Source of the DNA: Pseudomonadota bacterium | Lineage (GTDB): Bacteria; Pseudomonadota; Gammaproteobacteria; Burkholderiales; Burkholderiaceae_B | Length of the DNA: 64,000 bases | Reading direction: 5' to 3' | NCBI GenBank assembly: GCA_023440825.1 | Contig: JAEXRL010000030.1 | Coordinates: forward strand, 167,408 to 231,407 | In this document: in pieces, positions 38,564 through 46,411 of the stretch | Position numbering within the stretch: position 1 is the first letter of the stretch | Layout of the letters: each line of letters opens with the position of its first letter | Position numbers and translations under genes: made by a program | The notes under the pieces: model-generated | What the model was told of the DNA's origin: nothing | Databases searched by the model: none | What the model saw: only the letters and a program-made list of their open reading frames with translations

Positions 38564-39538
38564 ATGCGCGCATATTCTATTTTCTCTACTCCTAAGGCAC
38601 TCACTCCCTGTGAGCAGCGTCATCGCCGGCATACATTAGCCCGATTAGGCTTGGCTTGGTTAGCGGCCATGCAGGTCATGATGTTCGCATTTCCAGGTTA
38701 TATGCGCTCGTTCAGCACCTCGCCCGACAATCAGCAGTCCTTGCTGGAGGCTATCTATCTGATGAACTGGGCTGGTTTGGTGCTGACAGTTCCCGTCATT
38801 ACATACTGTGCCTGGCCCATGTTGTTTGCCGCCTATCGCGAACTCAAACAATTACATATAGGTATGGATGTGCCCGTGTCTTTAGGGATTGTGGGCGCTT
38901 TCATCCCCAGCGCCCTAAATACCTGGTCGGGGCAGGGGGAAGTGTATTTCGATTCAGTCACCATGTTTGTGGCTTTCTTGCTGACCGCTCGCTACCTAGA
39001 GCTGGCCGCCCGTCAATCGGTAGAAGCTGGACAAACCCATCACCTTATCGAACAGTTTCAGATCAATGTAAGCCAGCGCGCGAATCGACTGGCTTTTTGG
39101 TTCGTCCTTATTCAGCTATGCCTGGCCCTGGCCTTCGGTGTGGTGTGGTATGTGCTTGATCCATCGCAAACCGTGCCCGTGGTCGTGGCAATGCTGGTCA
39201 TGAGCTGTCCCTGTGCTATGTCGATGTCTGTACCAAGTGCGGTAGCATCGGCGCACGCCAGCCTGTCTATCCGACCAGCTCAAAATGATTACGAAGTGCT
39301 TCAGCTCACACAGCGAACTGGAAAAATAGCACGACAAAATTTATTTGGCTCTATTGTTTGGCATTTACTGATGACGCCGCTGGCAGCGGTGGGTATTGTG
39401 GCGCCTTGGCTAGCAGCGATCAGCATGCTGGTGTCGTCCTTAGCGGTGGCATTTAACTCCATGCGTATTTATCGTGAACGTGTTCGGGCAGGCCACACTA
39501 GCTACGTGTCCAAGTCGGCTCCCCAACAGGTGTCCTAA
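38564..39538 (+). CDS. CcoI/FixI-like P1B-ATPase membrane core without cytoplasmic domains (324 aa)
   Basis: Eight TM-like segments are collinear with the P1B Cu-ATPase core: MQVMMFAFPGY; MDVPVSLGIV; YFDSVTMFVAFLLTARYLE; QRANRLAFWFV; VMSCPCAMSMSVP (CPC); IARQNLFGSIVWHLLMTPLAA; ISMLVSSLAVAFNSMRIY (MxxSS). No TGES, DKTGT or GDGxND motifs are present and there is no metal-binding domain. It is followed by ccoS with a TAATG overlap. Confidence 0.7.
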   Translation: MRAYSIFSTPKALTPCEQRHRRHTLARLGLAWLAAMQVMMFAFPGYMRSFSTSPDNQQSLLEAIYLMNWAGLVLTVPVITYCAWPMLFAAYRELKQLHIGMDVPVSLGIVGAFIPSALNTWSGQGEVYFDSVTMFVAFLLTARYLELAARQSVEAGQTHHLIEQFQINVSQRANRLAFWFVLIQLCLALAFGVVWYVLDPSQTVPVVVAMLVMSCPCAMSMSVPSAVASAHASLSIRPAQNDYEVLQLTQRTGKIARQNLFGSIVWHLLMTPLAAVGIVAPWLAAISMLVSSLAVAFNSMRIYRERVRAGHTSYVSKSAPQQVS

Positions 39539-39702
39539 TGCTTGAGTCCTTATTTATTCTGCTGCCTATTTCTGTTCTGTTTGTGATTGTGATCGGGGCA
39601 GCATTTTGGTGGGCGATATTTGCAGGACAGTTCGAAGATAGCCAAGAGGCTGCCGAGGCTATATTGGCGGATGACGATACCGAGTCTGAGTCCTGCAAGT
39701 AA
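39538..39702 (+). CDS. ccoS: cbb3-type cytochrome oxidase maturation protein CcoS/FixS (54 aa; not in the ORF track)
   Basis: Manual translation gives MLESLFILLPISVLFVIVIGAAFWWAIFAGQFEDSQEAAEAILADDDTESESCK. It has a single TM followed by the G-QF-D motif typical of FixS/CcoS, and its ATG overlaps the upstream stop. Confidence 0.8.
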   Translation: MLESLFILLPISVLFVIVIGAAFWWAIFAGQFEDSQEAAEAILADDDTESESCK

Positions 39703-39804
39703 AAAAATTTATCGATTAAGTAAGTGTTTTTTGCATTCTTTCAGTTTGTGTAAGGCGACGGAGCAAGTTGAAACAAGGATGCGGATTTCACAACTGCTGA
39801 GTGT

Positions 39805-39818
39805 TTGATTCATATCAA
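39805..39818. promoter_or_regulatory. FNR/Anr box upstream of ccoN
   Basis: TTGAT-TCAT-ATCAA is a perfect consensus match, about 80 nt upstream of the ccoN ATG. Confidence 0.75.
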
Positions 39819-39893
39819 GGGCGTGGTTCGGCAGTTGCGAGATCATGTGGTCTGTAGTCGCATGTATTAATAATGTAAGTTTAGGGGAAGCTC

Positions 39894-41378
39894 ATGGGCA
39901 CTTCCGAGACCGTCGGAAAGCAGGCTGAAGTCTTCAACTACGGGGTGGTAAGGCAATTTGCCATCATGACTGTAGTGTGGGGCGTAGTAGGCATGGCAGT
40001 CGGCGTATTGATCGCCTTGCAATTGATCTGGCCAGCGCTGAATTTTGATATTCCTTGGTTAAGTTATGGACGACTGCGTCCCTTGCATACCAACGGAGTC
40101 ATTTTTGCGTTTGGTGGTAGCGCGCTTTTTGCCACGTCGTATTACGTGGTGCAACGAACCTGTCAGGCGCGTCTGTTTTGCGATAAGTTAGCCGCTTTTA
40201 CCTTTTGGGGTTGGCAGGCTGTTATCGTGGGGGCAGTGATAACTTTGCCTTTGGGTTACACCAGCAGTAAAGAGTACGCGGAGCTTGAGTGGCCCATCGA
40301 TATCCTTATTACCTTGGTATGGGTGTCGTATGCAGTGGTGTTCTTTGGCACCATTGTGAAACGTCGAGTGCGTCATATCTATGTGGCTAACTGGTTTTTT
40401 GGCTCATTTATCCTGACCATAGCCATGCTGCACATTTTTAATAATCTGGAAGCGCCAGTTAGCTTATGGAAGTCTTATTCCATTTATGCTGGTGTGCAGG
40501 ATGCCATGGTGCAGTGGTGGTATGGGCATAATGCGGTGGGCTTTTTCCTGACCACCAGCTTTTTGGGCATGATGTACTACTTTGTGCCCAAGCAAGCTAA
40601 TCGACCCATTTATTCTTATCGTTTATCCATTGTCCACTTCTGGGCATTGGCGTTCACGTATATGTGGGCTGGCCCGCACCACTTGCTGTATACCTCCTTA
40701 CCTGACTGGACCCAGTCTTTAGGTATGGCTTTCTCGCTTATCCTGCTGGCTCCTTCTTGGGGTGGAATGATCAACGGCATCATGACCTTGTCGGGTGCGT
40801 GGTATAAGCTGCGTACCGACGCTATCCTGAAATTCCTGGTGGTGTCCTTGTCGTTCTACGGCATGTCGACCTTTGAAGGCTCGATGATGTCTATCCGTAC
40901 GGTCAACGCCTTGTCGCACTACACCGACTGGACAGTCGGACACGTACACTCGGGAGCGCTGGGTTGGGTAGCCATGATTACTTTCGGTTCCCTCTATTAC
41001 ATGATTCCTCGTCTGTACGGGCGTGTCACCATGGCTAAGCCTGGCCTGATCGAATTGCACTTCTGGCTGGCGACATTAGGCGTGGTGCTGTATATCGCTG
41101 CTATGTGGATTGCTGGCGTCATGCAGGGCTTAATGTGGCGTGCAACCGGTGCAGATGGGGTTCTGACCTACAGCTTCGTAGAAAGCGTGAAGGCAACCTA
41201 TCCCTTCTACATGATTCGAGCTTTGGGTGGCTTGATGTTCCTGGTCGGTGTGTTTGTCATGGGCTGGAATACTTGGCTTACCGTTAAAGGGCAACCTCGT
41301 GTGAACCCTGTAGTGCCATTGAAAAACCCTGATGCGCGCGACCCTGCGTTGGTCGGTCCTACAGAAGTAATCGCTTAA
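39894..41378 (+). CDS. ccoN: Cytochrome c oxidase cbb3-type subunit I
   Basis: It is a 494-aa polytopic haem-copper oxidase. Motifs [24 protein letters not shown] and [17 protein letters not shown] are present. Confidence 0.95.
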   Translation: MGTSETVGKQAEVFNYGVVRQFAIMTVVWGVVGMAVGVLIALQLIWPALNFDIPWLSYGRLRPLHTNGVIFAFGGSALFATSYYVVQRTCQARLFCDKLAAFTFWGWQAVIVGAVITLPLGYTSSKEYAELEWPIDILITLVWVSYAVVFFGTIVKRRVRHIYVANWFFGSFILTIAMLHIFNNLEAPVSLWKSYSIYAGVQDAMVQWWYGHNAVGFFLTTSFLGMMYYFVPKQANRPIYSYRLSIVHFWALAFTYMWAGPHHLLYTSLPDWTQSLGMAFSLILLAPSWGGMINGIMTLSGAWYKLRTDAILKFLVVSLSFYGMSTFEGSMMSIRTVNALSHYTDWTVGHVHSGALGWVAMITFGSLYYMIPRLYGRVTMAKPGLIELHFWLATLGVVLYIAAMWIAGVMQGLMWRATGADGVLTYSFVESVKATYPFYMIRALGGLMFLVGVFVMGWNTWLTVKGQPRVNPVVPLKNPDARDPALVGPTEVIA

Positions 41379-41389
41379 GGATTATTGAC

Positions 41390-42046
41390 ATGGCTAATGA
41401 AAATAAGCGTTTTTCCCACGCTACACTGGAAAAAAACATTGGTTTGCTCATTGTTTGCAGTATTTTGGTCGTGGCTTTTGCTGGTTTGGTGCAGATCGTG
41501 CCCTTGTTTTTCCAGCATTCCACCACTGAGCCTGCACCGGGCGTTAAACCCTACGAGGCGCTTAACCTGATTGGGCGCGATATTTATATACGTGAAGGCT
41601 GTGTGGGATGCCACTCGCAGCAAGTGCGTATGCTGCAGTCTGAGGTGCAGCGCTATGGTCCTTACTCTTTGGCGGGCGAGTCTGTTTACGATCATCCGTT
41701 TTTGTGGGGTTCCAAGCGCACCGGGCCGGATCTGGCTCGTGTAGGTGGTCGTTACTCTGATGAGTGGCATCGTTTGCACTTACGTAATCCACGTGATTTG
41801 GTGCCTGACTCTAATATGCCGTCCTACCCCTGGTTGCAGCACAAGTCGGTCGAAGGTGAGAACGTACAGCGTCGTATGACGGTCTTGCGTTATATCGGTG
41901 TGCCTTATACCGACGAGCAAATTGCTAAGGCCCCCGAGGCGCTGGTTGGGAAAACCGAAGAGGATGCCCTGATTGCGTATTTGCAGGGTCTGGGTATACA
42001 AGGGCGTGATGCGGCGGCTGATGCCGTACAGCGAGGAGGTTACTAA
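41390..42046 (+). CDS. ccoO: Cytochrome c oxidase cbb3-type subunit II (monohaem)
   Basis: It has an N-terminal TM, the haem motif CVGCHSQ, and the segments [16 protein letters not shown] and HLRNPR. Confidence 0.95.
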   Translation: MANENKRFSHATLEKNIGLLIVCSILVVAFAGLVQIVPLFFQHSTTEPAPGVKPYEALNLIGRDIYIREGCVGCHSQQVRMLQSEVQRYGPYSLAGESVYDHPFLWGSKRTGPDLARVGGRYSDEWHRLHLRNPRDLVPDSNMPSYPWLQHKSVEGENVQRRMTVLRYIGVPYTDEQIAKAPEALVGKTEEDALIAYLQGLGIQGRDAAADAVQRGGY

Positions 42047-42048
42047 TC

Positions 42049-42225
42049 ATGCTAGGCATTATGAATGCCATTGTGACCGCCTTGGCAATGGCTACTTTTT
42101 TCGGCATTTGTTGGTGGGCTTTTTCCCGCGGTCGTAAACAGGCCAATGAAGAAGCTTCGCGCCTACCTTTCGACTTGCCCGACGAGGGCAGCCCAGAGAC
42201 TCAATTAGGGGGTTCCAATGAATGA
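42049..42225 (+). CDS. ccoQ: cbb3 oxidase small subunit CcoQ (58 aa; not in the ORF track)
   Basis: Manual translation gives MLGIMNAIVTALAMATFFGICWWAFSRGRKQANEEASRLPFDLPDEG.... It has a single TM followed by the W.F...RK motif, lies between ccoO and ccoP, and overlaps the ccoP start by 8 nt. Confidence 0.8.
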   Translation: MLGIMNAIVTALAMATFFGICWWAFSRGRKQANEEASRLPFDLPDEGSPETQLGGSNE

Positions 42226-43123
42226 TTTCGTGAGTAGCGGTTGGGGCATCTGGATTGCCTCGATCGCGATAGCTGGTATTGTTTTCTGCCTATGGCTGCT
42301 TTACACACAGCGAGCATGGCTTAAAAAGGACGTAGAGCTTAGCGAAGATACTGGCCACGTATGGGACGGTGATTTAACCGAGCTGAACAATCCCGTACCA
42401 CGCTGGTGGACGGTGATGTACCTGCTGCTCTGTGTGTTTGCTGTGGGGTATCTCGTGCTGTATCCGGGCTTGGGGAACTGGAAGGGGACCTTGGGCTTTA
42501 CGGCTGCACAACAAGTTCAGCAGCAACAGGAAGTGATTAACGAACGCTTGGCCCCGGTCTATGCTCGCTATGCAGACATGCCTATCGAGGATATTGCGGC
42601 CGACGCCCAAGCTCGCGATATAGGTCAGCGCTTGTTCCTGAATAACTGTGCTCAGTGTCACGGGTCTGATGCCCAAGGTGCACCCGGCTTTCCTAACCTG
42701 GCCAATAAAGCTTGGTCTTGGGGAGGTGAGCCAGATCAAATCCTGACCACTATTACCAAAGGTCGTCAGGGCATGATGCCTGCACAGCAGCAGTTCAGTG
42801 CGGCAGAGGCGGCAGATGTGGCTGAGTACGTGCGTTCTATTGCTGGTTTGGCACACGATCCTTTACGTGTGGTACCCGGTAAGCGAGTCTTTGACAGCGC
42901 GTGTTTTGCTTGTCATGGTGCAGAAGGTAAGGGCAACCCCTTGCTAGGAGCTCCGGATTTAACGGATGACTACTGGATTCACGGCAGTTCCAGAGCAGCT
43001 ATTATTCATGCTGTTATGCAAGGCCGCCAAGGACATATGCCTGCCCAGGAAAAAGTGCTCACACCCGAACAAATTCGTTTGTTGGCCGGTTGGGTATGGG
43101 GCTTGTCCAATAATCCCCAGTAA
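42218..43123 (+). CDS. ccoP: Cytochrome c oxidase cbb3-type subunit III (dihaem)
   Basis: It has an N-terminal TM, the segment WDGDL.ELNNP.PRWW, and two CxxCH motifs (CAQCHG, CFACHG). Confidence 0.95.
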   Translation: MNDFVSSGWGIWIASIAIAGIVFCLWLLYTQRAWLKKDVELSEDTGHVWDGDLTELNNPVPRWWTVMYLLLCVFAVGYLVLYPGLGNWKGTLGFTAAQQVQQQQEVINERLAPVYARYADMPIEDIAADAQARDIGQRLFLNNCAQCHGSDAQGAPGFPNLANKAWSWGGEPDQILTTITKGRQGMMPAQQQFSAAEAADVAEYVRSIAGLAHDPLRVVPGKRVFDSACFACHGAEGKGNPLLGAPDLTDDYWIHGSSRAAIIHAVMQGRQGHMPAQEKVLTPEQIRLLAGWVWGLSNNPQ

Positions 43124-43153
43124 TTTGTTTTAGTTCGTTTATGCAGGAAATCT

Positions 43154-44653
43154 ATGAGTAGCTCGACCCCTCCTAACAGTGAAACCTCTGCCCAGCAGCA
43201 GGTACCTGCCTGGCAGCCGCCACGTAGGAAAAGTGGGCAAGGGGGAACATCACCTCAGGTCGAGAAGGCCTTGGTGGATGTGCGCCGGAAAATATACCCA
43301 CGCTCAGTGACGGGCGTGTTTGCACGGTGGCGTGTGTGGCTGGTGTTGGCTACTCAACTGATTTTCTATGGTTTACCCTGGATAGAATGGCACGGTCGTC
43401 AGGCCGTGCTGTTCGACCTGGGCGCACGTAAGTTTTACCTGTTTGGCATGATTTTATGGCCACAGGATGTGATTTATTTAACGGTTTTATTATTGCTGTC
43501 TGCCTTTTCCTTGTTTTTATTTACGGCGATGGCAGGGCGGTTATTTTGTGGTTACGCCTGTCCGCAAACCGTTTACACCGAGATATTTATGTGGGTAGAG
43601 CGCAAGGTCGAGGGTGACCGTTTGGCTCGTATCCGCCTGGATGAACAAGCCTGGACACTTAAAAAATTAAGACTAAAAACCTGTAAGCATGTGATCTGGG
43701 TGCTGATTGCCTTTTGGACAGGCTATACATTTATTGGTTATTTTGCCCCAATACGCGACATAGGCAGCGACCTACTGGCCTTTACTTTAGGGCCTTGGCA
43801 ATGGTTTTGGCTGGTGTTTTATGCCTTTGCGACCTGGGGTAATGCAGGCTTTATGCGTGAAGCCGTGTGCAAGTACATGTGCCCTTATGCACGCTTTCAA
43901 AGCGTGATGGTCGATAACGATACCTTTGTGGTTACCTATGATCACGTGCGTGGTGATCCCCGTGGAGGACGATCACGCAAAATCGATCATAAAAGCGCAG
44001 GTATGGGTGACTGTGTAGACTGTAGTTTATGTGTGCAAGTGTGTCCGACCGGCATTGATATTCGTGATGGTCTGCAATACATGTGTATAGGCTGTGGTGC
44101 CTGTGTAGACGCCTGTGATCAGGTTATGGATAAGATGTCGTATGACCGTGGCCTGATACGTTATACGTCCGGGCGTGCTATTACCGAACGCTTGACTCAG
44201 TCTGAGGTGCGTAGGCGCATGTTGCGGCCGCGTGTGGTCTCGTATATTTTGATCTTATTAGTCATCTTTACTGCGTTTCTGTATGCCCTGAGCACGCGAG
44301 TGCCGGTAAGAGTAGATGTGATCCGTGATCGTGGTGCACTGGGACGTGAAGTGCCAGGCGGCTTTTATGAAAATGTATACCAGCTACAAATTATCAATAC
44401 CTCTGAGTCGGGCTTGAATCTGACCTTGGCCGCTACGGGCTTGCCTGGCTTACGTTTGCAAACTGCCGAAGGAGGCAGTGATCACGTATATGTAGAGCCA
44501 GCATCCAACCGCTTGGTCGCTGTAGTGGCTAGACTGCCTTTAGACTCAGCAGAACCAGGTTTGTACGATATTGTCATTGAGGCATTTAGTCGCCACGAAA
44601 ATGGCCGTGAAACAATGGTACGTGAATCCAGTAGTTTTTATGTACCGCAATAA
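43154..44653 (+). CDS. ccoG: Cytochrome c oxidase accessory protein CcoG/FixG (polyferredoxin membrane protein)
   Basis: Motifs GYACPQTVYTE, CKYMCPYARFQ, CVDCSLCVQVCPTGIDIR and CIGCGACVDACD are present. Confidence 0.92.
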   Translation: MSSSTPPNSETSAQQQVPAWQPPRRKSGQGGTSPQVEKALVDVRRKIYPRSVTGVFARWRVWLVLATQLIFYGLPWIEWHGRQAVLFDLGARKFYLFGMILWPQDVIYLTVLLLLSAFSLFLFTAMAGRLFCGYACPQTVYTEIFMWVERKVEGDRLARIRLDEQAWTLKKLRLKTCKHVIWVLIAFWTGYTFIGYFAPIRDIGSDLLAFTLGPWQWFWLVFYAFATWGNAGFMREAVCKYMCPYARFQSVMVDNDTFVVTYDHVRGDPRGGRSRKIDHKSAGMGDCVDCSLCVQVCPTGIDIRDGLQYMCIGCGACVDACDQVMDKMSYDRGLIRYTSGRAITERLTQSEVRRRMLRPRVVSYILILLVIFTAFLYALSTRVPVRVDVIRDRGALGREVPGGFYENVYQLQIINTSESGLNLTLAATGLPGLRLQTAEGGSDHVYVEPASNRLVAVVARLPLDSAEPGLYDIVIEAFSRHENGRETMVRESSSFYVPQ

Positions 44654-44672
44654 CACAGAAAAGGATAGCACT

Positions 44673-44882
44673 ATGAGCACAGCAGCTGATGTTAAACCGT
44701 GGTGGCGTGAGCCGTGGCCGTGGATACTGATGGCCGGCCCAGCCGCCGCTATGATCGCTTGTGCCATCACTATTTATATAGCTTTTGCTAACTTTAGTGA
44801 CCAGGCCATGAATGATGGTGGTACGAAGCAGGGGCTGGTTGTGAGTAAATCAGCGCTCAGTAATCCGGAAAAGTCTCAATAA
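44673..44882 (+). CDS. Short FixH/CcoH-like membrane protein (69 aa)
   Basis: From ATG 44673 (SD AAAAGGA upstream) it reads MSTAADVKPWWREPWPWILMAGPAAAMIACAITIYIAF. The PWW.EPWPW plus TM pattern is typical of the FixH N-terminus. The usual periplasmic domain is largely absent. Confidence 0.55.
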   Translation: MSTAADVKPWWREPWPWILMAGPAAAMIACAITIYIAFANFSDQAMNDGGTKQGLVVSKSALSNPEKSQ

Positions 44883-44905
44883 GCAGCCGTCCAACGACTC
44901 AGGGA

Positions 44906-45163
44906 GTGCGTATGAAATCACGCATCTTGATGTGGATCTTGTGGCCTTCGTTTTTAGCCGCGTTAGCATGTAGTGGCGTGGTGTTTGCCTTGGTCGACCC
45001 GTTGGATATGGTCATACTGGGGCATATACGGGCTGAGCGCAACACGGTGTACACATTGGTGTTTTTTTTGTTGTGGCTGATGGCTGCCGTGTCCAGTGCA
45101 CTTAGCCTATTTATGTATCCAGGACAGCAGGCACTCAAAGAGCCTGCTGATGATCTGGATTAA
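44906..45163 (+). CDS. Small hypothetical membrane protein (2 TM, 85 aa)
   Basis: Two hydrophobic segments are present (ILMWILWPSFLAALACSGVVFAL and VYTLVFFLLWLMAAVSSALSLF). It lies in the same orientation at the end of the cco accessory cluster. I recognise no family. Confidence 0.4.
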   Translation: MRMKSRILMWILWPSFLAALACSGVVFALVDPLDMVILGHIRAERNTVYTLVFFLLWLMAAVSSALSLFMYPGQQALKEPADDLD

Positions 45164-45228
45164 GGCTGGCTGTTGCGCGGTTCAGTAGGTGGCTTGTGTG
45201 TGGCCACATTCGTTAGGCTTGCAAGCGA

Positions 45229-45960
45229 TTAGGCGTCACATTCGCCACCTGACAGTATTTGCAGGCCTGCCAGATCGAGCAGGTGTACTTCTCGCTGGGA
45301 AATTTTTAGTAAACCTTCTCGGGCAAAACGTGAAAATAATCGGCTAATGGTTTCTAGGGTTAAGCCTAGAAAGTTGCCGATTTCTTCGCGGCTCATGCGC
45401 AGTATGAATTCGTAAGGCGAATAGCCCAGTAACGATAGGCGTTGCGATAAATTCAATAAAAAGGCAGCTAAGCGCTGTTCAGAGCGCAAGCCCGCTAAGG
45501 TAAGCATGAGCTGGTGTGCTCGATTAATTTCCTTGCTCATCAAACGGCGGAACTGCTGTTGCAAAATAGGCAAGTGCTTGGCCAGCCTGTCCATGTCTTC
45601 TAAGCGTATAACGCACACCTCGCTATCTTCCAGCGCAATGGCATGGGAGCGATGGGAGTCTTCGTGCAGGCTGTCCATGCCTAAAATTTCACCAGGCAAT
45701 AAAAAGCCGGTTATTTGTATATTGCCTTTGGCGTCTTCGAGCTGAGTCTTAATAGAACCGGATCGTAAGCCGTAAATACCTTCCACGGGATCAGCCAGTT
45801 GGTAAAGCGCTGAGCCTTTAGGTATACGGATACGTTCTTTGACCAGTTCGTCCAGACGCTCCATCTCGTAGCGGGGCATGCCTAAGGGCAGGCAGACCTC
45901 GTTCAACATACAACTGGAGCAACGAATGGAGTCAGCGGTGACGGAAATACGCTTTTGCAT
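45229..45960 (-). CDS. fnr: FNR/Anr-type oxygen-sensing Crp-family transcription regulator
   Basis: An N-terminal Cys cluster (CSSCMLNEVC) plus an internal Cys (SEVCVI) is present, with a cNMP-binding fold. The C-terminal HTH carries E..SR (LTLETISRLFSRF), which reads TTGAT half-sites. Confidence 0.9.
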   Translation of the reverse strand: MQKRISVTADSIRCSSCMLNEVCLPLGMPRYEMERLDELVKERIRIPKGSALYQLADPVEGIYGLRSGSIKTQLEDAKGNIQITGFLLPGEILGMDSLHEDSHRSHAIALEDSEVCVIRLEDMDRLAKHLPILQQQFRRLMSKEINRAHQLMLTLAGLRSEQRLAAFLLNLSQRLSLLGYSPYEFILRMSREEIGNFLGLTLETISRLFSRFAREGLLKISQREVHLLDLAGLQILSGGECDA

Positions 45961-45989
45961 AGAGCTTTTTCAGCTAAAAAGAGAAAAAC

Positions 45990-46003
45990 TTGAGATAAAT
46001 CAA
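45990..46003. promoter_or_regulatory. FNR-box-like site in the fnr promoter region (possible autoregulation)
   Basis: TTGAG-ATAA-ATCAA matches 9/10 positions and lies 30-43 nt upstream of the fnr start codon. Confidence 0.5.
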
Positions 46004-46293
46004 CTTCAATTGTAGCTGTTATTTGGATACTGTTAGCTTAGGTGTGGTGAATCAGCAGTTTAGATGTCTTATGTTTTTGCTTGATGACAGTGTTTTTTGA
46101 GCCCATAAGCGTTGAAGTGCGCGCCTAGTACCTAGTAACTAATGCCTAACTGCTCTCAACGGTAAGCAGACTTAACACCTGCTCAAGCTGCCCTATGCAA
46201 GGGGCAAGCAGGGGGCTCAGGTTTTTTTATTCTGGCTCAGAAACAGTCTGGCTAAGCAAAAAAGCGATTAATATAAAAAGTCAAGATAATTTA

Positions 46294-46321
46294 CTTGATA
46301 TATAAGGCTTTACCCTCATAT
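46294..46321 (+). promoter_or_regulatory. Candidate sigma32 (RpoH) heat-shock promoter of clpB
   Basis: CTTGAT (46294-46299), a 13-nt spacer and CCCTCATAT (46313-46321) compare with the consensus CTTGAA-N13-17-CCCCATNT. The site is about 90 nt upstream of the clpB ATG. Confidence 0.55.
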
Positions 46322-46411
46322 TTAGTTTATCCAATAATTTCGCGACTGTAGTCTTGATAAGTGTCAGGCAGTATTGAGCCTTAGGTCGCCATACTGATTA
46401 GTGAATGATCT

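Noticed and set aside
38656-39159. 167-aa alternative-frame ORF overlapping the ccoI-like gene
   Set aside because: Its sequence is Arg/Gly/Ser-rich and non-membrane-like, whereas the +1 neighbour frame gives an ordered P1B TM core with a CPC motif. It is most likely a frame artefact.
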